Source of the DNA: Planctomycetota bacterium
GTDB lineage: Bacteria; Planctomycetota; PUPC01
NCBI GenBank assembly: GCA_003553185.1
Contig: PUPC01000072.1
Location: forward strand, 1 to 46,251
Reading direction: 5' to 3'
DNA length: 46,251 nucleotides
Of this stretch, positions 29,805 to 39,803 are shown in pieces. The translations under genes were made by a program, and so were the position numbers. Position 1 is the stretch's first letter; every line of letters begins with the position of its first letter. The notes beneath the pieces are model-generated. The model saw only the letters and a program-made list of their open reading frames with translations. It had not been told where the DNA came from and ran no database searches.

Positions 29805-32176
29805 TGAAGACCCTCGACCGCAAGCTGCTGCGCGACCTGCACGGGTCCTGGGCACAAGCGATGGCCGTGAGCGCGGTCATAATGTGCGGCGTGACCGGGT
29901 TTGCCACCGTCTTTTCCGCACACCACTCGCTGGTCCTGACCCGCGACGCCTACTACGAGCAATACCGGTTCGGCGACTTCTGGGTCCCGCTGGAACGGGC
30001 CCCGCTCCGGGTGGTGGACCGGGTGGAGGCGCTGCCCGGCGTCGTGCGGGCCGAGGGCCGGATCGTGGAGGAGGTCAACCTCGATGTGCCCGGTTTCCGC
30101 GAGCCGCGAATCGGCCGGGTCATCTCTATGCCCGCCGAACGGGGGACCGCGATCAACGACATCCACATCGTCTCCGGCCGGTACTTCTCGCGGCGTGGTC
30201 GCAACGAGGTCATCGTGAACGACCAGTTCGCCCGGGAGAACCGCCTCCAGCCCGGCGACCATATTGAGGCGACGATGGCCGGCCGGCGCCACTCGCTCCG
30301 CATCGTCGCCACCGCACTCAGCCCCGAATACGTCTACATGATCCGCAGCGAGCGCGAGTTCGTCCCCGACCCCAAACGGTTCACCCCCCTCTGGCTGCAC
30401 GCCGACTTCGCCGAGATGGCACTGGGGCGCCAGGGGGCGTGCAACGAGATCGTCGGGTTCCTCGATCCGACCGTCGACGTGGACAAGATGATGGACCGGC
30501 TGGAGAACCTGCTCGAGCCGTACGGGGCGCTGGCCGCCGTCCCGCGCAAAGACCAACTGAGCAACCGGTATCTGAGCGATGAGATCCGGGGGCTGCGGGT
30601 GGCCGCCCAAATCGTGCCCGTGTTCTTCCTGGGCATCGCCGCGATGATCCTCACCGCGATGCTGTATCGCGTGGTCCGGCGCGAACGGACCGCCATCGGT
30701 GTGCTCAAAGCATACGGCTACTCCAACGCGGCCATCGGCGGGCACTACCTCAAGTATGGGCTGATGATCTCGATGGCCGGGGGGGTGCTCGGCTTCCTCC
30801 TCGGCCACGCCCTGGGCCGGGGGATGATGGCGATGTTCGTCGAGTTCTTCCAGTTTCCCCTGCTCCGGCACCGATTCTATCCCGATGTACTCGCCCTGTC
30901 CCTCGCCATCAGTTTCGCCGCCGGTGTGTTCGGCTCGCTGTGGGCGGTGCGCGGGGTGTTGAAGATCGACCCGGCGGACGCAATGCGGCCGGCTCCTCCC
31001 CGCTCGGCACACAAGCTTCTCCTCGAGCGGATCGGCCTGCTCTGGCGGCAGACCACATTCATCCAGAAGATGGTCCTGCGGGACACATTCCGCTACAAGC
31101 TGCGGTCCGTCCTCACCGTGTTCGGAGTGATGTGCTCGGTCTCCCTGCTGCTCATGGGCTTCTTCTTCACCGACTCGATGCAGCATATGGTCGATTATCA
31201 GTTCGACGTGTTCATGCGGCAGGATGTACGGATCGGCCTGGAGCGGGAAATGGGCAAGGCCGCGTTCCTCGAAGCCCGACGGCTCCCCAACGTGCGCCGG
31301 GCCGAGCCGGTTCTCGAGTATCCGTTCACCCTGACCCACGGGCACCGAACGGAAGACGTGGTGGTCATCGGGGTGAGACCGGGTGATTACCTGATGGGGC
31401 TGGCTACCACCGACGGCCGGCGAATCGACGTGGGCAAGAGCGGCCTGGTCCTCTCTGAGCAGCTCGCCGAAAACCTCGGGCTCAAGGCCAACGACGTGGT
31501 CGAGTTGGAACCGCTCCGCGGGATCGTCGGACGACGGACGACGGCGAAAGTCAGGGACGTGAGCCAACAGTATCTCGGCATGGGCGCCTATATGAACATC
31601 AACGAACTCAGCCGCCTTCTCGAGGCGTCGTTCGCGGTGAACGCCGTGCTCGTGCGAACCGAATCGGACGACGGACAGGCGCTCAGCAGGCACCTTCAGG
31701 ACTACCCCGCCGTGGCCACCGTCGAGATAACAGAGGAATCACGCCGGCAGCTCGAGGAGACCCTGGTCGAGCTGATGTCGGTTACCACGACCTTCATCGG
31801 CCTGTTCGCCGGGGTGATCGCGTTCGCCATCATATACAACACGACGTCCATCTCGCTCACCGAGCGGTCCCGCGAGCTCGGCTCGCTGAGGGTGCTGGGG
31901 TTCACCCTGGGCGAGATCCGGCGGATCGTCTTCGGGCAGAACGCCCTGCTCTCCGCAGTAGGCGTGGCCCTGGGGCTGCCGATGGGTGTGCTGATGTGCC
32001 GGGCGCTGACCGCGGCATACGCGACCGACTCGTATCGGCTGCCCTTTTACATCTCGCCGCGAACGTATTGGACGGCGGCAATCTACCTCGCGATATTCGT
32101 GACCGTGGCGAACCTGGCCGCCTGGCGGCGTATCAACCGGCTCAATATGGTCGAGGCATTGAAGAAAACGGAGTAA
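29804..32176 (+). CDS. ABC transporter permease with duplicated FtsX domains (MacB-type)
   Basis: 791 aa. The N-terminus KTLDRKLLRDLHGSWAQAMAVSAVIMCGV is typical. There are two FtsX-like four-helix membrane modules, each preceded by a large extracytoplasmic loop. The start overlaps the ATPase stop (TGATG). Confidence 0.8.
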   Translation: MKTLDRKLLRDLHGSWAQAMAVSAVIMCGVTGFATVFSAHHSLVLTRDAYYEQYRFGDFWVPLERAPLRVVDRVEALPGVVRAEGRIVEEVNLDVPGFREPRIGRVISMPAERGTAINDIHIVSGRYFSRRGRNEVIVNDQFARENRLQPGDHIEATMAGRRHSLRIVATALSPEYVYMIRSEREFVPDPKRFTPLWLHADFAEMALGRQGACNEIVGFLDPTVDVDKMMDRLENLLEPYGALAAVPRKDQLSNRYLSDEIRGLRVAAQIVPVFFLGIAAMILTAMLYRVVRRERTAIGVLKAYGYSNAAIGGHYLKYGLMISMAGGVLGFLLGHALGRGMMAMFVEFFQFPLLRHRFYPDVLALSLAISFAAGVFGSLWAVRGVLKIDPADAMRPAPPRSAHKLLLERIGLLWRQTTFIQKMVLRDTFRYKLRSVLTVFGVMCSVSLLLMGFFFTDSMQHMVDYQFDVFMRQDVRIGLEREMGKAAFLEARRLPNVRRAEPVLEYPFTLTHGHRTEDVVVIGVRPGDYLMGLATTDGRRIDVGKSGLVLSEQLAENLGLKANDVVELEPLRGIVGRRTTAKVRDVSQQYLGMGAYMNINELSRLLEASFAVNAVLVRTESDDGQALSRHLQDYPAVATVEITEESRRQLEETLVELMSVTTTFIGLFAGVIAFAIIYNTTSISLTERSRELGSLRVLGFTLGEIRRIVFGQNALLSAVGVALGLPMGVLMCRALTAAYATDSYRLPFYISPRTYWTAAIYLAIFVTVANLAAWRRINRLNMVEALKKTE

Positions 32177-32179
32177 CCG

Positions 32180-33508
32180 GTGAAAAAAGCTCTCAAATGG
32201 CTGTTGCTCGTTGTCCTGGTCGGCCTGGTCGTCGCGGCCCTGATGGTCCAGTGGCCCATCGAGGTCGAGGTGATCGAAGTACGGAAGGGGACCATCGAGG
32301 AGTCCGTGGTCGAAGAGGCCCGGACCCGCCTCGAGACCGATTTCCGGGTTTCGATGCCGGTGGACGGCCGGCTCCTGCGCATTGACCTGAAGGAAGGCGA
32401 CAGGGTCGAGTCGGACGACGTGGTCGCCCGCATCGACCGGTTCGAGAGGGAGGAAAAGCTCTCGGGCCTGGAGGCAAGACAGGACGAGATCGAAGCGCTC
32501 ATTGTGGGCGTGGACGTGGCCAAGCCGAAGGCGGAGGACATCGCGGCGGCCGCACTGGTGCGCGACGAGGCCCGGGCAAGATACGCCGCCGCTCAAAAAG
32601 CACACGAGACCAGCCGCATCAACCTCGAACAGGAAGAAGAGTTGTTCAAACGCAGACGAGAGCTCTTCCGGGAGGGAGCGATCACCGAGACCGAGTATAT
32701 CGAGGCCGAAAGGACGATCCGGATGCTCCGGGCCGGACGCGAGGAGGCGGCCGAGACCGAGCAGGCGATGAAAAAATATGCCGAACGGTCACAAGTCGAA
32801 CTCGAACGGCTGCGGGATTCGGTCGACGACAACGAATACCAGAGAGTCGCATACAAGGCACAGCTCGACCGGGTCCGCACCGAGATGGCCATCTTGCTCG
32901 ACGAACTGGCGAAGTCCGAAATTCGGTCACCGGCGAGCGGGCCGGTGCTCGATGTCTTCCAGGAGGATGAGCAGGTGCTCCCCGCCGGAACCCCCCTGCT
33001 CAAGGTGGGCGACTTGGAGAGTATTCGCATCGAGGCGGATGTGCTGTCGGAGGACGTCGGCCGGATGGACATCGGCCAGGCGGTCGAGGTCTTCGGACCG
33101 GCCGTCGACGGGACCGTGATCGGCCAGATCGAGCGAATCTACCCGGCGGGCTTCAAGAAAATCTCCGCACTGGGCATCGAGGAGCAGCGGGTGCGCGTCA
33201 TCATCGCCTTCGACCGCCAGGAGCTCCCGCTCCGGCCCGGCGTGCGAGTCGACGTGCGGTTCATCACCGACCGGGCCGAGGACGTCCTGGTGGTCCCGGA
33301 GCGGGCTCTGTTCATGATGGCCGGAGAGTGGCACGTCTTCGTCGCCCGGGACGGCGTCGCCGAACGAAGGGCCGTCGAGGTCGGGATCAGGAGCGATGAG
33401 GACGCGGAAATCCGCGCCGGGCTGGATGAAGGCGACCTGATCATCTACGATCCGCCACCGGAACTCGACGAAGGGGCCCGGATCAGGCCGAGAGAGGCAG
33501 TCGAGTAA
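32180..33508 (+). CDS. HlyD/MacA-family periplasmic adaptor (membrane fusion protein)
   Basis: GTG start. The protein has an N-terminal TM anchor, a long coiled-coil hairpin rich in Glu/Arg/Ala, and C-terminal beta-barrel motifs (IRSPASGPVLDV, VVPERALF). Confidence 0.8.
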   Translation: MKKALKWLLLVVLVGLVVAALMVQWPIEVEVIEVRKGTIEESVVEEARTRLETDFRVSMPVDGRLLRIDLKEGDRVESDDVVARIDRFEREEKLSGLEARQDEIEALIVGVDVAKPKAEDIAAAALVRDEARARYAAAQKAHETSRINLEQEEELFKRRRELFREGAITETEYIEAERTIRMLRAGREEAAETEQAMKKYAERSQVELERLRDSVDDNEYQRVAYKAQLDRVRTEMAILLDELAKSEIRSPASGPVLDVFQEDEQVLPAGTPLLKVGDLESIRIEADVLSEDVGRMDIGQAVEVFGPAVDGTVIGQIERIYPAGFKKISALGIEEQRVRVIIAFDRQELPLRPGVRVDVRFITDRAEDVLVVPERALFMMAGEWHVFVARDGVAERRAVEVGIRSDEDAEIRAGLDEGDLIIYDPPPELDEGARIRPREAVE

Positions 33509-33577
33509 CAAGGCCCACACCCGGTCCGCGGTGTACGCATGGCGGTTTTTCGGGGGACGATGCGAGCGTTTGGCCTA

Positions 33578-36500
33578 TTAGGGCGATATCTGGTTTGAGA
33601 CGGGCGCCGGCCCGGGTATGGTTGCGATCAGAATCTCTGCAAGCGCGTGGAACCAGGCGCTCTCCTCGGTCTCCCTGGCCTCGGTGAGCTTTTCGCGGGC
33701 GACAGAGAGCCGGTCGAGGGCCAGCGCCCGCAGCCCGATGAAGAACGCCGCCTCGGTGTCTGTGATGTGGTCGGCGTGGGCGGATTGCCAGGAGTCGAAT
33801 TCGTCCGTGGACGCGAGTTCGCTCATCAGTTGGGCGACGGCGCGGCCCTTCATGTCGGCATTCGGATGACGGCGAAGCTCCTGCCACACCTCGTCGGCCG
33901 CGTCGGTGTCGCCCATGGTGAGATGTATCGCGCCGGCGCGGATGAACCAGCCGGTTCCCTCGCCGGTGTCCTCGGGGGCGGTTCGGCCGGCCGTGGCAAA
34001 GGCGCTGGCCCCCTCGGCATAGGCCCCCGCGTCATAAAGCACCTCGGCTGCCGCGGCCCAGAGCCGGGCGGCCGACTCTTTATCGTCGCCCTGTGCCCGG
34101 GCGGCGTTGTGATAGGGGCGGACGGCGGCCTCGATATCGCCCTGCTGGATGAGCGCCCGTGCCGCCTGGCTCACGCTGCCCAGGATGTCTTCGTTGTCTG
34201 GGAATTGGGCCAGGCCCCGGCTCATCACAAGGACCAGCTCGGGGTTGTCGCTGGTCCAGGTCATGTCGTTGATCGCCGCGATGAATGGGGCGGCGAGGTG
34301 GGTGTCGGGGTAATCGTCGGCGAGTTGAACGAGGCGATTCGGCTGGCCCGCTCGGACGAAGCTGGTGGCAAGTTCGCCGGCCAGCCGGGCGAGTTCGTCC
34401 TCCCGCTCGGGCAGGTTCGCTCGGATGTGCTCGAGTGCGGCATATGCCTCGTCGGGGTCGTCCTCCTCGATCTGCTTGCGGGCCGCATCGAACAGGTAGC
34501 GAGCCAGCCCGTCGTCGCCGTATATGTCGAACAGCCGCCGGACCTCCGTATATTGGTTCGACTCAACGCAGGCGGCCATCAGCTGCCTCGCCGCTCCTGC
34601 AAGCCGCTGCCGGTCTTCTTCGAAGTGTTGGCAGGCCTCGTCGAACAGTTCGACGGCACCGCTCTGGTCGCCCGCAGCTGCCAGCTCGATGATCGCGTCG
34701 TTGTAGTGTCGGGCCAGCCCGCCGATCGGATAGGCCTGGCGAACGTTGCTCACCCGCTTGTACTGTCCGGCGGCCACAAACCGCCCGGCCAGTTCGAGAG
34801 CGGCCCGATCCATCCGGCGAGAGATCATGCCCTGCTCGTGGGAGAACCCGAGCAGCTCGAGGGCCGACCGATGGTTATGATCGTCCAGCGTGTCGGCCAC
34901 CGCCAGCTCGAAGGCACGGGTGACCCCGAGATCGGGCAGGGCAAGAAACGCCCGCTGCATCTCGTCATAGCGTTTTTGCGAGGCCAGACCCCGGCAAATC
35001 TCGTTGAGGGCACTGGTGAACTCCCTGCGTTTCTTCTGGCCCACCGTCTCCCAATGGTCGCGCAGACGCGGCCGGTCGCCGTCGAAGCGGACATCCTCCA
35101 TGATGCGGACGGCGGGGCTGAACGCGAGGTCTCCTGCGTACCGCGACAGGATCGCGGGGAACTTCCAGACCGAACCGGGCTTGAGCCGGTGCCCTGCGGC
35201 GGCGGCCCTGGCCAATTCCTCGGCGGCCTGATCGTAGCGGCCCAGGCGAACGAGCACGAAGAACTTGCGCTCCTGATTGTGGGCGATCAGCGGGGCATAT
35301 TTCGGATCGAGAAGGCCGCTCGATTCCTCGAACCGCTTGTAATGCCCGAGCGCCTCTTTCAGCTTCTCTTCTCTGCCCTCGCTGAGCACCTCGGCGATCA
35401 GGCCGCGATGGTATTCGGCCAGCACGGAGATCGGCCGGCCGGCGTGCTTGTCGATCAGGTCCTCGTACTCGGCCAGCGCCTCCGACAGCAGGCCCTTGCT
35501 CAACATGTAATACTCGATGGCCTGTAATTTGTTCAGATGTTCGCCGAGGAACTCCTCGCGGCTGATGGTCACACGGTCGAAATGGACGGTCGCAGCCCAG
35601 GTGTCCAGCCCGAACCGAATCTCGCCGAGTTCCTGGAGCAGTGCCGGGTCCTCGTAGCGAAGCTCGTGGGTCTCGCCGTTGCCCGTCGCCTGGAAGATGA
35701 GCGTCGAGCCGCGGCGTTCGAGCCGGAAGCGGTAGGGGGTGTCCGGCTGAATGGGCGGGACCTCGACCTGGGCGAGAACCTGGCCGCGGCGAAGCAGCGA
35801 GAGATTGTGGCCGTCCCATTCGCCGTATCGGAACGCATAGCCCAGCCGCGGGTTCGGCCCGAGGAAGGAGTTGATTCGGGCCATATCGGAAGGAGTGCGG
35901 GCCTCGTACTCGATGATGATATTGCCCTGGAGCGTATGATCGAGCAGGACGTGGCTCGGTCCCCGCGTCTCCTCGGTGATGGTCAGTCGCCCGTCCTCGA
36001 CCGACCAGGCATCGTGCGATGGAATCCAGTGATCGGCCAGGGTATCTCCGTCAAAGTCGTCCTCGAGGCGGGGCACCCATTCCGGCTCCTGCTCTTCCAG
36101 GGTAAGAAGCTGTTCGAGCCGGAGGCGGGCCGCCTCTTCCTGCTCCTCCCGGAGTGCAATCCGGCGCTGGTCCTGCTCTCTGATCACGGCGTAGATGATC
36201 ATTCCAGAGACCAGCGACGCGATCAGGGCGATGGACAGCCCGACCAGCACGGTGGTCTTGTGCTTCCGCAGGTACTTGCCGGTTCGGCGGACGGGGCCGG
36301 CCGGCCTGGCGGTGATCATCTCGCCGGCCATATACCGGCGGATGTCGGCGCCCAGTTCGCCCATCTGCTGGTAACGCCGGGCTGGTTCCTTCTCCATCGC
36401 CTTGAGCACGATGGTCTGGATGTCGCGATGCAGCCGGTGGTTCAGCCGCCTGGGCGGCGTCGGCTCATCGTGGATGACCTTCATCACGATGTTCATCATC

Positions 36501-37339
36501 GTCTCGCCGGTGAACGGCGGGCGACCGGTCAGCATCTCGTACAGGACCGCGCCCAGAGAATAGACGTCCGAACGCCGGTCGATCCGGTCGTTCTCGCCCT
36601 GTGCCTGTTCGGGCGACATGTACGACGGCGTGCCGATCGTGGTGCCTGTGCGGGTGAACTTGGTGTCGGTGTCGAGCTGCTTGGCGAGCCCGAAGTCCAT
36701 GATCTGGGGGCGGCCCTCCTGGTCGATCATGATGTTGCTCGGCTTGATGTCGCGGTGGATCACCCCCTGCTCGTGAGCGTACTGGAGGGCATCGGCCACA
36801 TGGGAAGCGATCTCCAGCGCCCGACGCGGGGTCAGCTCCCGGCGGGCGATGAGGACATCGAGCGGCGTCCCCTCGATGAAGTCCATTGTGAAGAATCGTT
36901 TGCCCTTCTCGATCCCGACTTCGAAGATGGGGACGATGTTCGGGTGGCGGAGGCGGGCGGCGGCGCGGGCCTCCTTCTCGAACCGGACCACCTGTTCTTT
37001 CGAGGCGTGCTCCCCGGCGATCAGAACCTTCAGCGCGACCACCCGGCGCAGCGAGCGGTGACGGGCCTTGTACACCACTCCCATCGCCCCCCGCGAAATC
37101 TCGTCCAGGATCTCGTACCCGCCGATCGAGCGGCCGGAGAAGTCCGATTCGGCGGACGTGTCTGGGTCAGGAAGATGGGCACCGCCATCGGTCGTCCGGG
37201 AGGCCATCTCGGCGATCTGCGCCCGAATGTCGACCTCGGAGCTGCAATGGGGGCAGGTGCGGGGCTGGCCGGAGTCCGAGGAATTGGCATCAAAGGGGTC
37301 CTCGAACCTGTATCCGCATTTCTGGCAACTGATTCTCAT
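33578..37339 (-). CDS. Ser/Thr protein kinase: N-terminal zinc ribbon, Hanks kinase, one TM, DUF1080/LamG-like domain and about 600 aa of helical repeats
   Basis: The zinc ribbon is CQKCGYRF...CPHCSS. Kinase motifs are GAMGVVYKA, ALK, HRDIKPSN, DFGLAK and GTPSYMSPE. The TM segment is VLVGLSIALIASLVSGMIIYAVI. The jelly-roll-like segment runs DDFDGDTLADHWIPSHDAWSVEDGRLTI...HFDRVTI. Confidence 0.9.
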   Translation of the reverse strand: MRISCQKCGYRFEDPFDANSSDSGQPRTCPHCSSEVDIRAQIAEMASRTTDGGAHLPDPDTSAESDFSGRSIGGYEILDEISRGAMGVVYKARHRSLRRVVALKVLIAGEHASKEQVVRFEKEARAAARLRHPNIVPIFEVGIEKGKRFFTMDFIEGTPLDVLIARRELTPRRALEIASHVADALQYAHEQGVIHRDIKPSNIMIDQEGRPQIMDFGLAKQLDTDTKFTRTGTTIGTPSYMSPEQAQGENDRIDRRSDVYSLGAVLYEMLTGRPPFTGETMMNIVMKVIHDEPTPPRRLNHRLHRDIQTIVLKAMEKEPARRYQQMGELGADIRRYMAGEMITARPAGPVRRTGKYLRKHKTTVLVGLSIALIASLVSGMIIYAVIREQDQRRIALREEQEEAARLRLEQLLTLEEQEPEWVPRLEDDFDGDTLADHWIPSHDAWSVEDGRLTITEETRGPSHVLLDHTLQGNIIIEYEARTPSDMARINSFLGPNPRLGYAFRYGEWDGHNLSLLRRGQVLAQVEVPPIQPDTPYRFRLERRGSTLIFQATGNGETHELRYEDPALLQELGEIRFGLDTWAATVHFDRVTISREEFLGEHLNKLQAIEYYMLSKGLLSEALAEYEDLIDKHAGRPISVLAEYHRGLIAEVLSEGREEKLKEALGHYKRFEESSGLLDPKYAPLIAHNQERKFFVLVRLGRYDQAAEELARAAAAGHRLKPGSVWKFPAILSRYAGDLAFSPAVRIMEDVRFDGDRPRLRDHWETVGQKKRREFTSALNEICRGLASQKRYDEMQRAFLALPDLGVTRAFELAVADTLDDHNHRSALELLGFSHEQGMISRRMDRAALELAGRFVAAGQYKRVSNVRQAYPIGGLARHYNDAIIELAAAGDQSGAVELFDEACQHFEEDRQRLAGAARQLMAACVESNQYTEVRRLFDIYGDDGLARYLFDAARKQIEEDDPDEAYAALEHIRANLPEREDELARLAGELATSFVRAGQPNRLVQLADDYPDTHLAAPFIAAINDMTWTSDNPELVLVMSRGLAQFPDNEDILGSVSQAARALIQQGDIEAAVRPYHNAARAQGDDKESAARLWAAAAEVLYDAGAYAEGASAFATAGRTAPEDTGEGTGWFIRAGAIHLTMGDTDAADEVWQELRRHPNADMKGRAVAQLMSELASTDEFDSWQSAHADHITDTEAAFFIGLRALALDRLSVAREKLTEARETEESAWFHALAEILIATIPGPAPVSNQISP

Positions 37340-37372
37340 CGCTCGCCTGCCGCTATCAAAATCCGTTGGCAG

Positions 37373-37400
37373 ATTGTACCATCGCCGCCAGCGTTATCAA
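37373..37400 (-). promoter_or_regulatory. sigma70-type promoter candidate TTGATA-N16-TACAAT upstream of the kinase gene
   Basis: The reverse complement reads ttgata acgctggcggcgatgg tacaat. It lies about 34 nt upstream of ATG 37339. Confidence 0.45.
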
Positions 37401-37560
37401 ACAGTACCCGCTGAGAGAATGTAACGAAAATGGAGCTGGATAGTTTGTTTTTTCTGCGGGTCGGCTCAGAGTCCGCAAAAACTCCGTTCTGGAAGGCAAC
37501 CGGGAAACCGGATATACTGTGCACGAAATTACCCTGGGGACGAGAAACAGGAGACGATGC

Positions 37561-38319
37561 ATGGGCAAAACGGAAGTAAGCGTAATACCCTGCCTGGACA
37601 TACAAGGTGGCAGGGTGGTGAAAGGCGTTCACTTTGTGGACCTCGTCGACGCCGGTGACCCGGTACAGGCGGCCCGGGCGTACTCGGAGGGCGGGGCCGA
37701 TGAGATCGCGTTCCTCGACATCACCGCCACCGTGGAAGGGCGGAAGACCACCCTGGATGTCCTGCGCCGGGTGGCGGATGTCGTCGAGGTTCCGCTCGCC
37801 GTGGGCGGGGGGATCAAGACGCTCGACGATATCCGGAAGGTGCTCGACTGCGGCGTGAGCTCGGTCTCGATATCCAGCGCCGCATTCCGGCACCCCGAGA
37901 TGGTCGCGGCCGCCGTCCGCGAATTCGGACCGGAAGCCGTCATCGTGGCTATCGACGCCGACCACAGCAGCGACTGCCCGTCGGGCCGCGAGGTGTATAT
38001 CGACGGGGGCCGCACGGCGACCGGCCGGGACGCCGTCGAATTCGCGGAGACGATGGCCGACCTCGGCGTGGGCCGACTCCTGCCGACCAGCAAGAAGACC
38101 GACGGCACCCGCGACGGCTACGACATCGCCCTGACGCGGGGGATCGCCGACGCCACCGGACTGCCGGTCATCGCCAGCGGCGGGGCCGGGAAGCTCGAAC
38201 ACTTCCACGAGGCCGTGGTCGAAGGGCACGCCCGCGCCGTCCTCGCCGCTTCCGTGTTCCACTTCGGAGTGTTCTCCATACGGCAGGTAAAAGAGTATCT
38301 GGCGGCCCGCGGAGTCTAA
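37561..38319 (+). CDS. hisF: imidazole glycerol phosphate synthase, cyclase subunit
   Basis: Motifs: VIPCLDIQGGRVVKG, ADEIAFLDITAT, PLAVGGGI and ASGGAG. ATG 37561 has AGGAG upstream. No other his genes are adjacent. Confidence 0.9.
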   Translation: MGKTEVSVIPCLDIQGGRVVKGVHFVDLVDAGDPVQAARAYSEGGADEIAFLDITATVEGRKTTLDVLRRVADVVEVPLAVGGGIKTLDDIRKVLDCGVSSVSISSAAFRHPEMVAAAVREFGPEAVIVAIDADHSSDCPSGREVYIDGGRTATGRDAVEFAETMADLGVGRLLPTSKKTDGTRDGYDIALTRGIADATGLPVIASGGAGKLEHFHEAVVEGHARAVLAASVFHFGVFSIRQVKEYLAARGV

Positions 38320-38356
38320 CGAACAGGCGGACCGAATACGGATTCTTGCTACGACA

Positions 38357-38385
38357 TTGAGAGGGCCGGGCGACCGCGCTATACT
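38357..38385 (+). promoter_or_regulatory. sigma70-type promoter candidate TTGAGA-N17-TATACT upstream of the methyltransferase gene
   Basis: The sequence reads ttgaga gggccgggcgaccgcgc tatact. It lies 36 nt upstream of ATG 38421. Confidence 0.4.
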
Positions 38386-38420
38386 TTGATCTGTCCGACC
38401 CTGATTCAAAAGGCCATCTT

Positions 38421-39740
38421 ATGGTGCGCAAAGCCGAAACGCGACGGCTCCCCTTTGCCGAAGCCCGGGACACCCTGGGCGGCGTCAAAGATATAGCCAA
38501 CGGCAACCGAAACAAGCTCTTCCCCGAGGACCGGGCCGCCCACGACTGGTACCGCTTCGTCCTGTCATTCCCCCCGCAACTCGTCAGGGAATACATCGGG
38601 CGGCTGGGCGTATCTTCTGCCTCCACCGTTCTCGATCCATTTTGCGGGACCGGGACCACGCTGGTCGAGTGCAAGAAGCACGGCGTCGCGAGCGTGGGCT
38701 TCGAGGCCCACCCGATGCCCGCGTTCGCCAGCCGAGTGAAGACAAACTGGGATGTTAATCCGAACGGTCTCCACGAATTTGCGAACCGGACGGCCGAGGC
38801 GGCCGAGAACCTGCTCGAACAGCAGGGGACAGAATGCCGACAACTTCCCCCCGAGGTCGAGAAGCTGCTCCTCAAAGGGTCCATCAGCCCGGTTCCGCTG
38901 CATAAATCACTCGTACTGCTCGAGTCCATCCGCAATCAGAACAGCCCCGTTTATGCCGACCACGCGCTTCTTGCACTGGCCAATGCTCTGGTCAACGATA
39001 TCGGCAACCTCCATTTCGGTCCGGAAGTCGGTGTTCGTGGCGAGAAAGAGGACGTGCCCGCAGTCGCCATCTGGAAGCGAAATGTCTCCGATATGGTCTC
39101 TGATTTGGAGGCGCTGCAAGCGCGGAAGGGAACACTCGCCCGGGCGCACTACCATGATGCCCGAACGGGTTCGACCGAGCTCGAGATCGAGTCCATTGAT
39201 GCCGTAATCACGTCTCCGCCTTATCCGAACGAAAAGGATTATACCCGAACAACCCGCTTGGAGACCGTGCTGCTTGGCCTCGTGAAGAGCCGGAAAGAAC
39301 TTCGGGCGTTGAAACAGAAGCTTCTGCGTTCCAACACACGCAACGTTTACAAGGGCGACGACGACGATCGGTGGATCGAGTCGTTTCCGGAGATTCGGAA
39401 ACTGGCGAAATCGATTGAAGATCGCCGGATTGAACTGGGAAAGACGAGCGGGTTCGAACGTCAATACCACCGAGTGGTCCGGCTCTATTTCGGCGGGATG
39501 GCCCGCCATTTCGCAGAATTGCGCAAACTGTTGCGCCCCGGAGCACGGCTGGCGTATGTCGTCGGGGACCAGGCATCCTTCCTGCAGGTGATGATCCGCA
39601 CCGGCCGCATACTGGCAGAGATCGCCGAGTCGCTCGGCTACCAGGTCGAAGACATCGATCTCTTCCGCACCCGCCTGGCAACCGCCACCCAGGAGCAACT
39701 CCGCGAGGAGGTTCTGCTTCTCCGCTGGCCGGGGCGGTGA
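38421..39740 (+). CDS. DNA amino-methyltransferase (N6-adenine or N4-cytosine), motif I before motif IV
   Basis: 439 aa. The AdoMet motif I is VLDPFCGTGTT (D at 38634). The catalytic motif IV is SPPY at 39213-39224. About 190 aa separate them, which fits an alpha-type order with a central target-recognition region. Confidence 0.7.
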   Translation: MVRKAETRRLPFAEARDTLGGVKDIANGNRNKLFPEDRAAHDWYRFVLSFPPQLVREYIGRLGVSSASTVLDPFCGTGTTLVECKKHGVASVGFEAHPMPAFASRVKTNWDVNPNGLHEFANRTAEAAENLLEQQGTECRQLPPEVEKLLLKGSISPVPLHKSLVLLESIRNQNSPVYADHALLALANALVNDIGNLHFGPEVGVRGEKEDVPAVAIWKRNVSDMVSDLEALQARKGTLARAHYHDARTGSTELEIESIDAVITSPPYPNEKDYTRTTRLETVLLGLVKSRKELRALKQKLLRSNTRNVYKGDDDDRWIESFPEIRKLAKSIEDRRIELGKTSGFERQYHRVVRLYFGGMARHFAELRKLLRPGARLAYVVGDQASFLQVMIRTGRILAEIAESLGYQVEDIDLFRTRLATATQEQLREEVLLLRWPGR

Positions 39741-39803
39741 ATATCCGAAAGGGGAACGACGGTAGCAAAAAAACAAGCTGATTATGACGCGATCATCACC
39801 CAC

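Noticed and set aside
29612-31693. 693-aa minus-strand ORF over the ABC ATPase and permease genes
   Set aside because: It is antisense to genes with Walker and FtsX signatures. The composition is His/Pro/Gly/Arg-rich.
33647-37414. Two long plus-strand ORFs (33647..35527 and 35537..37414) opposite the kinase gene
   Set aside because: They are antisense to a gene carrying every Hanks kinase motif. Their translations are low-complexity Gly/Arg/Leu/Val sequence.
37441-37480. T6-hairpin-A5 structure (ttttttctgcgg...ccgcaaaaa) in the kinase/hisF divergent spacer
   Set aside because: The U-run precedes rather than follows the stem on both strands. The site lies between two divergent promoters, so a terminator role is not supported.
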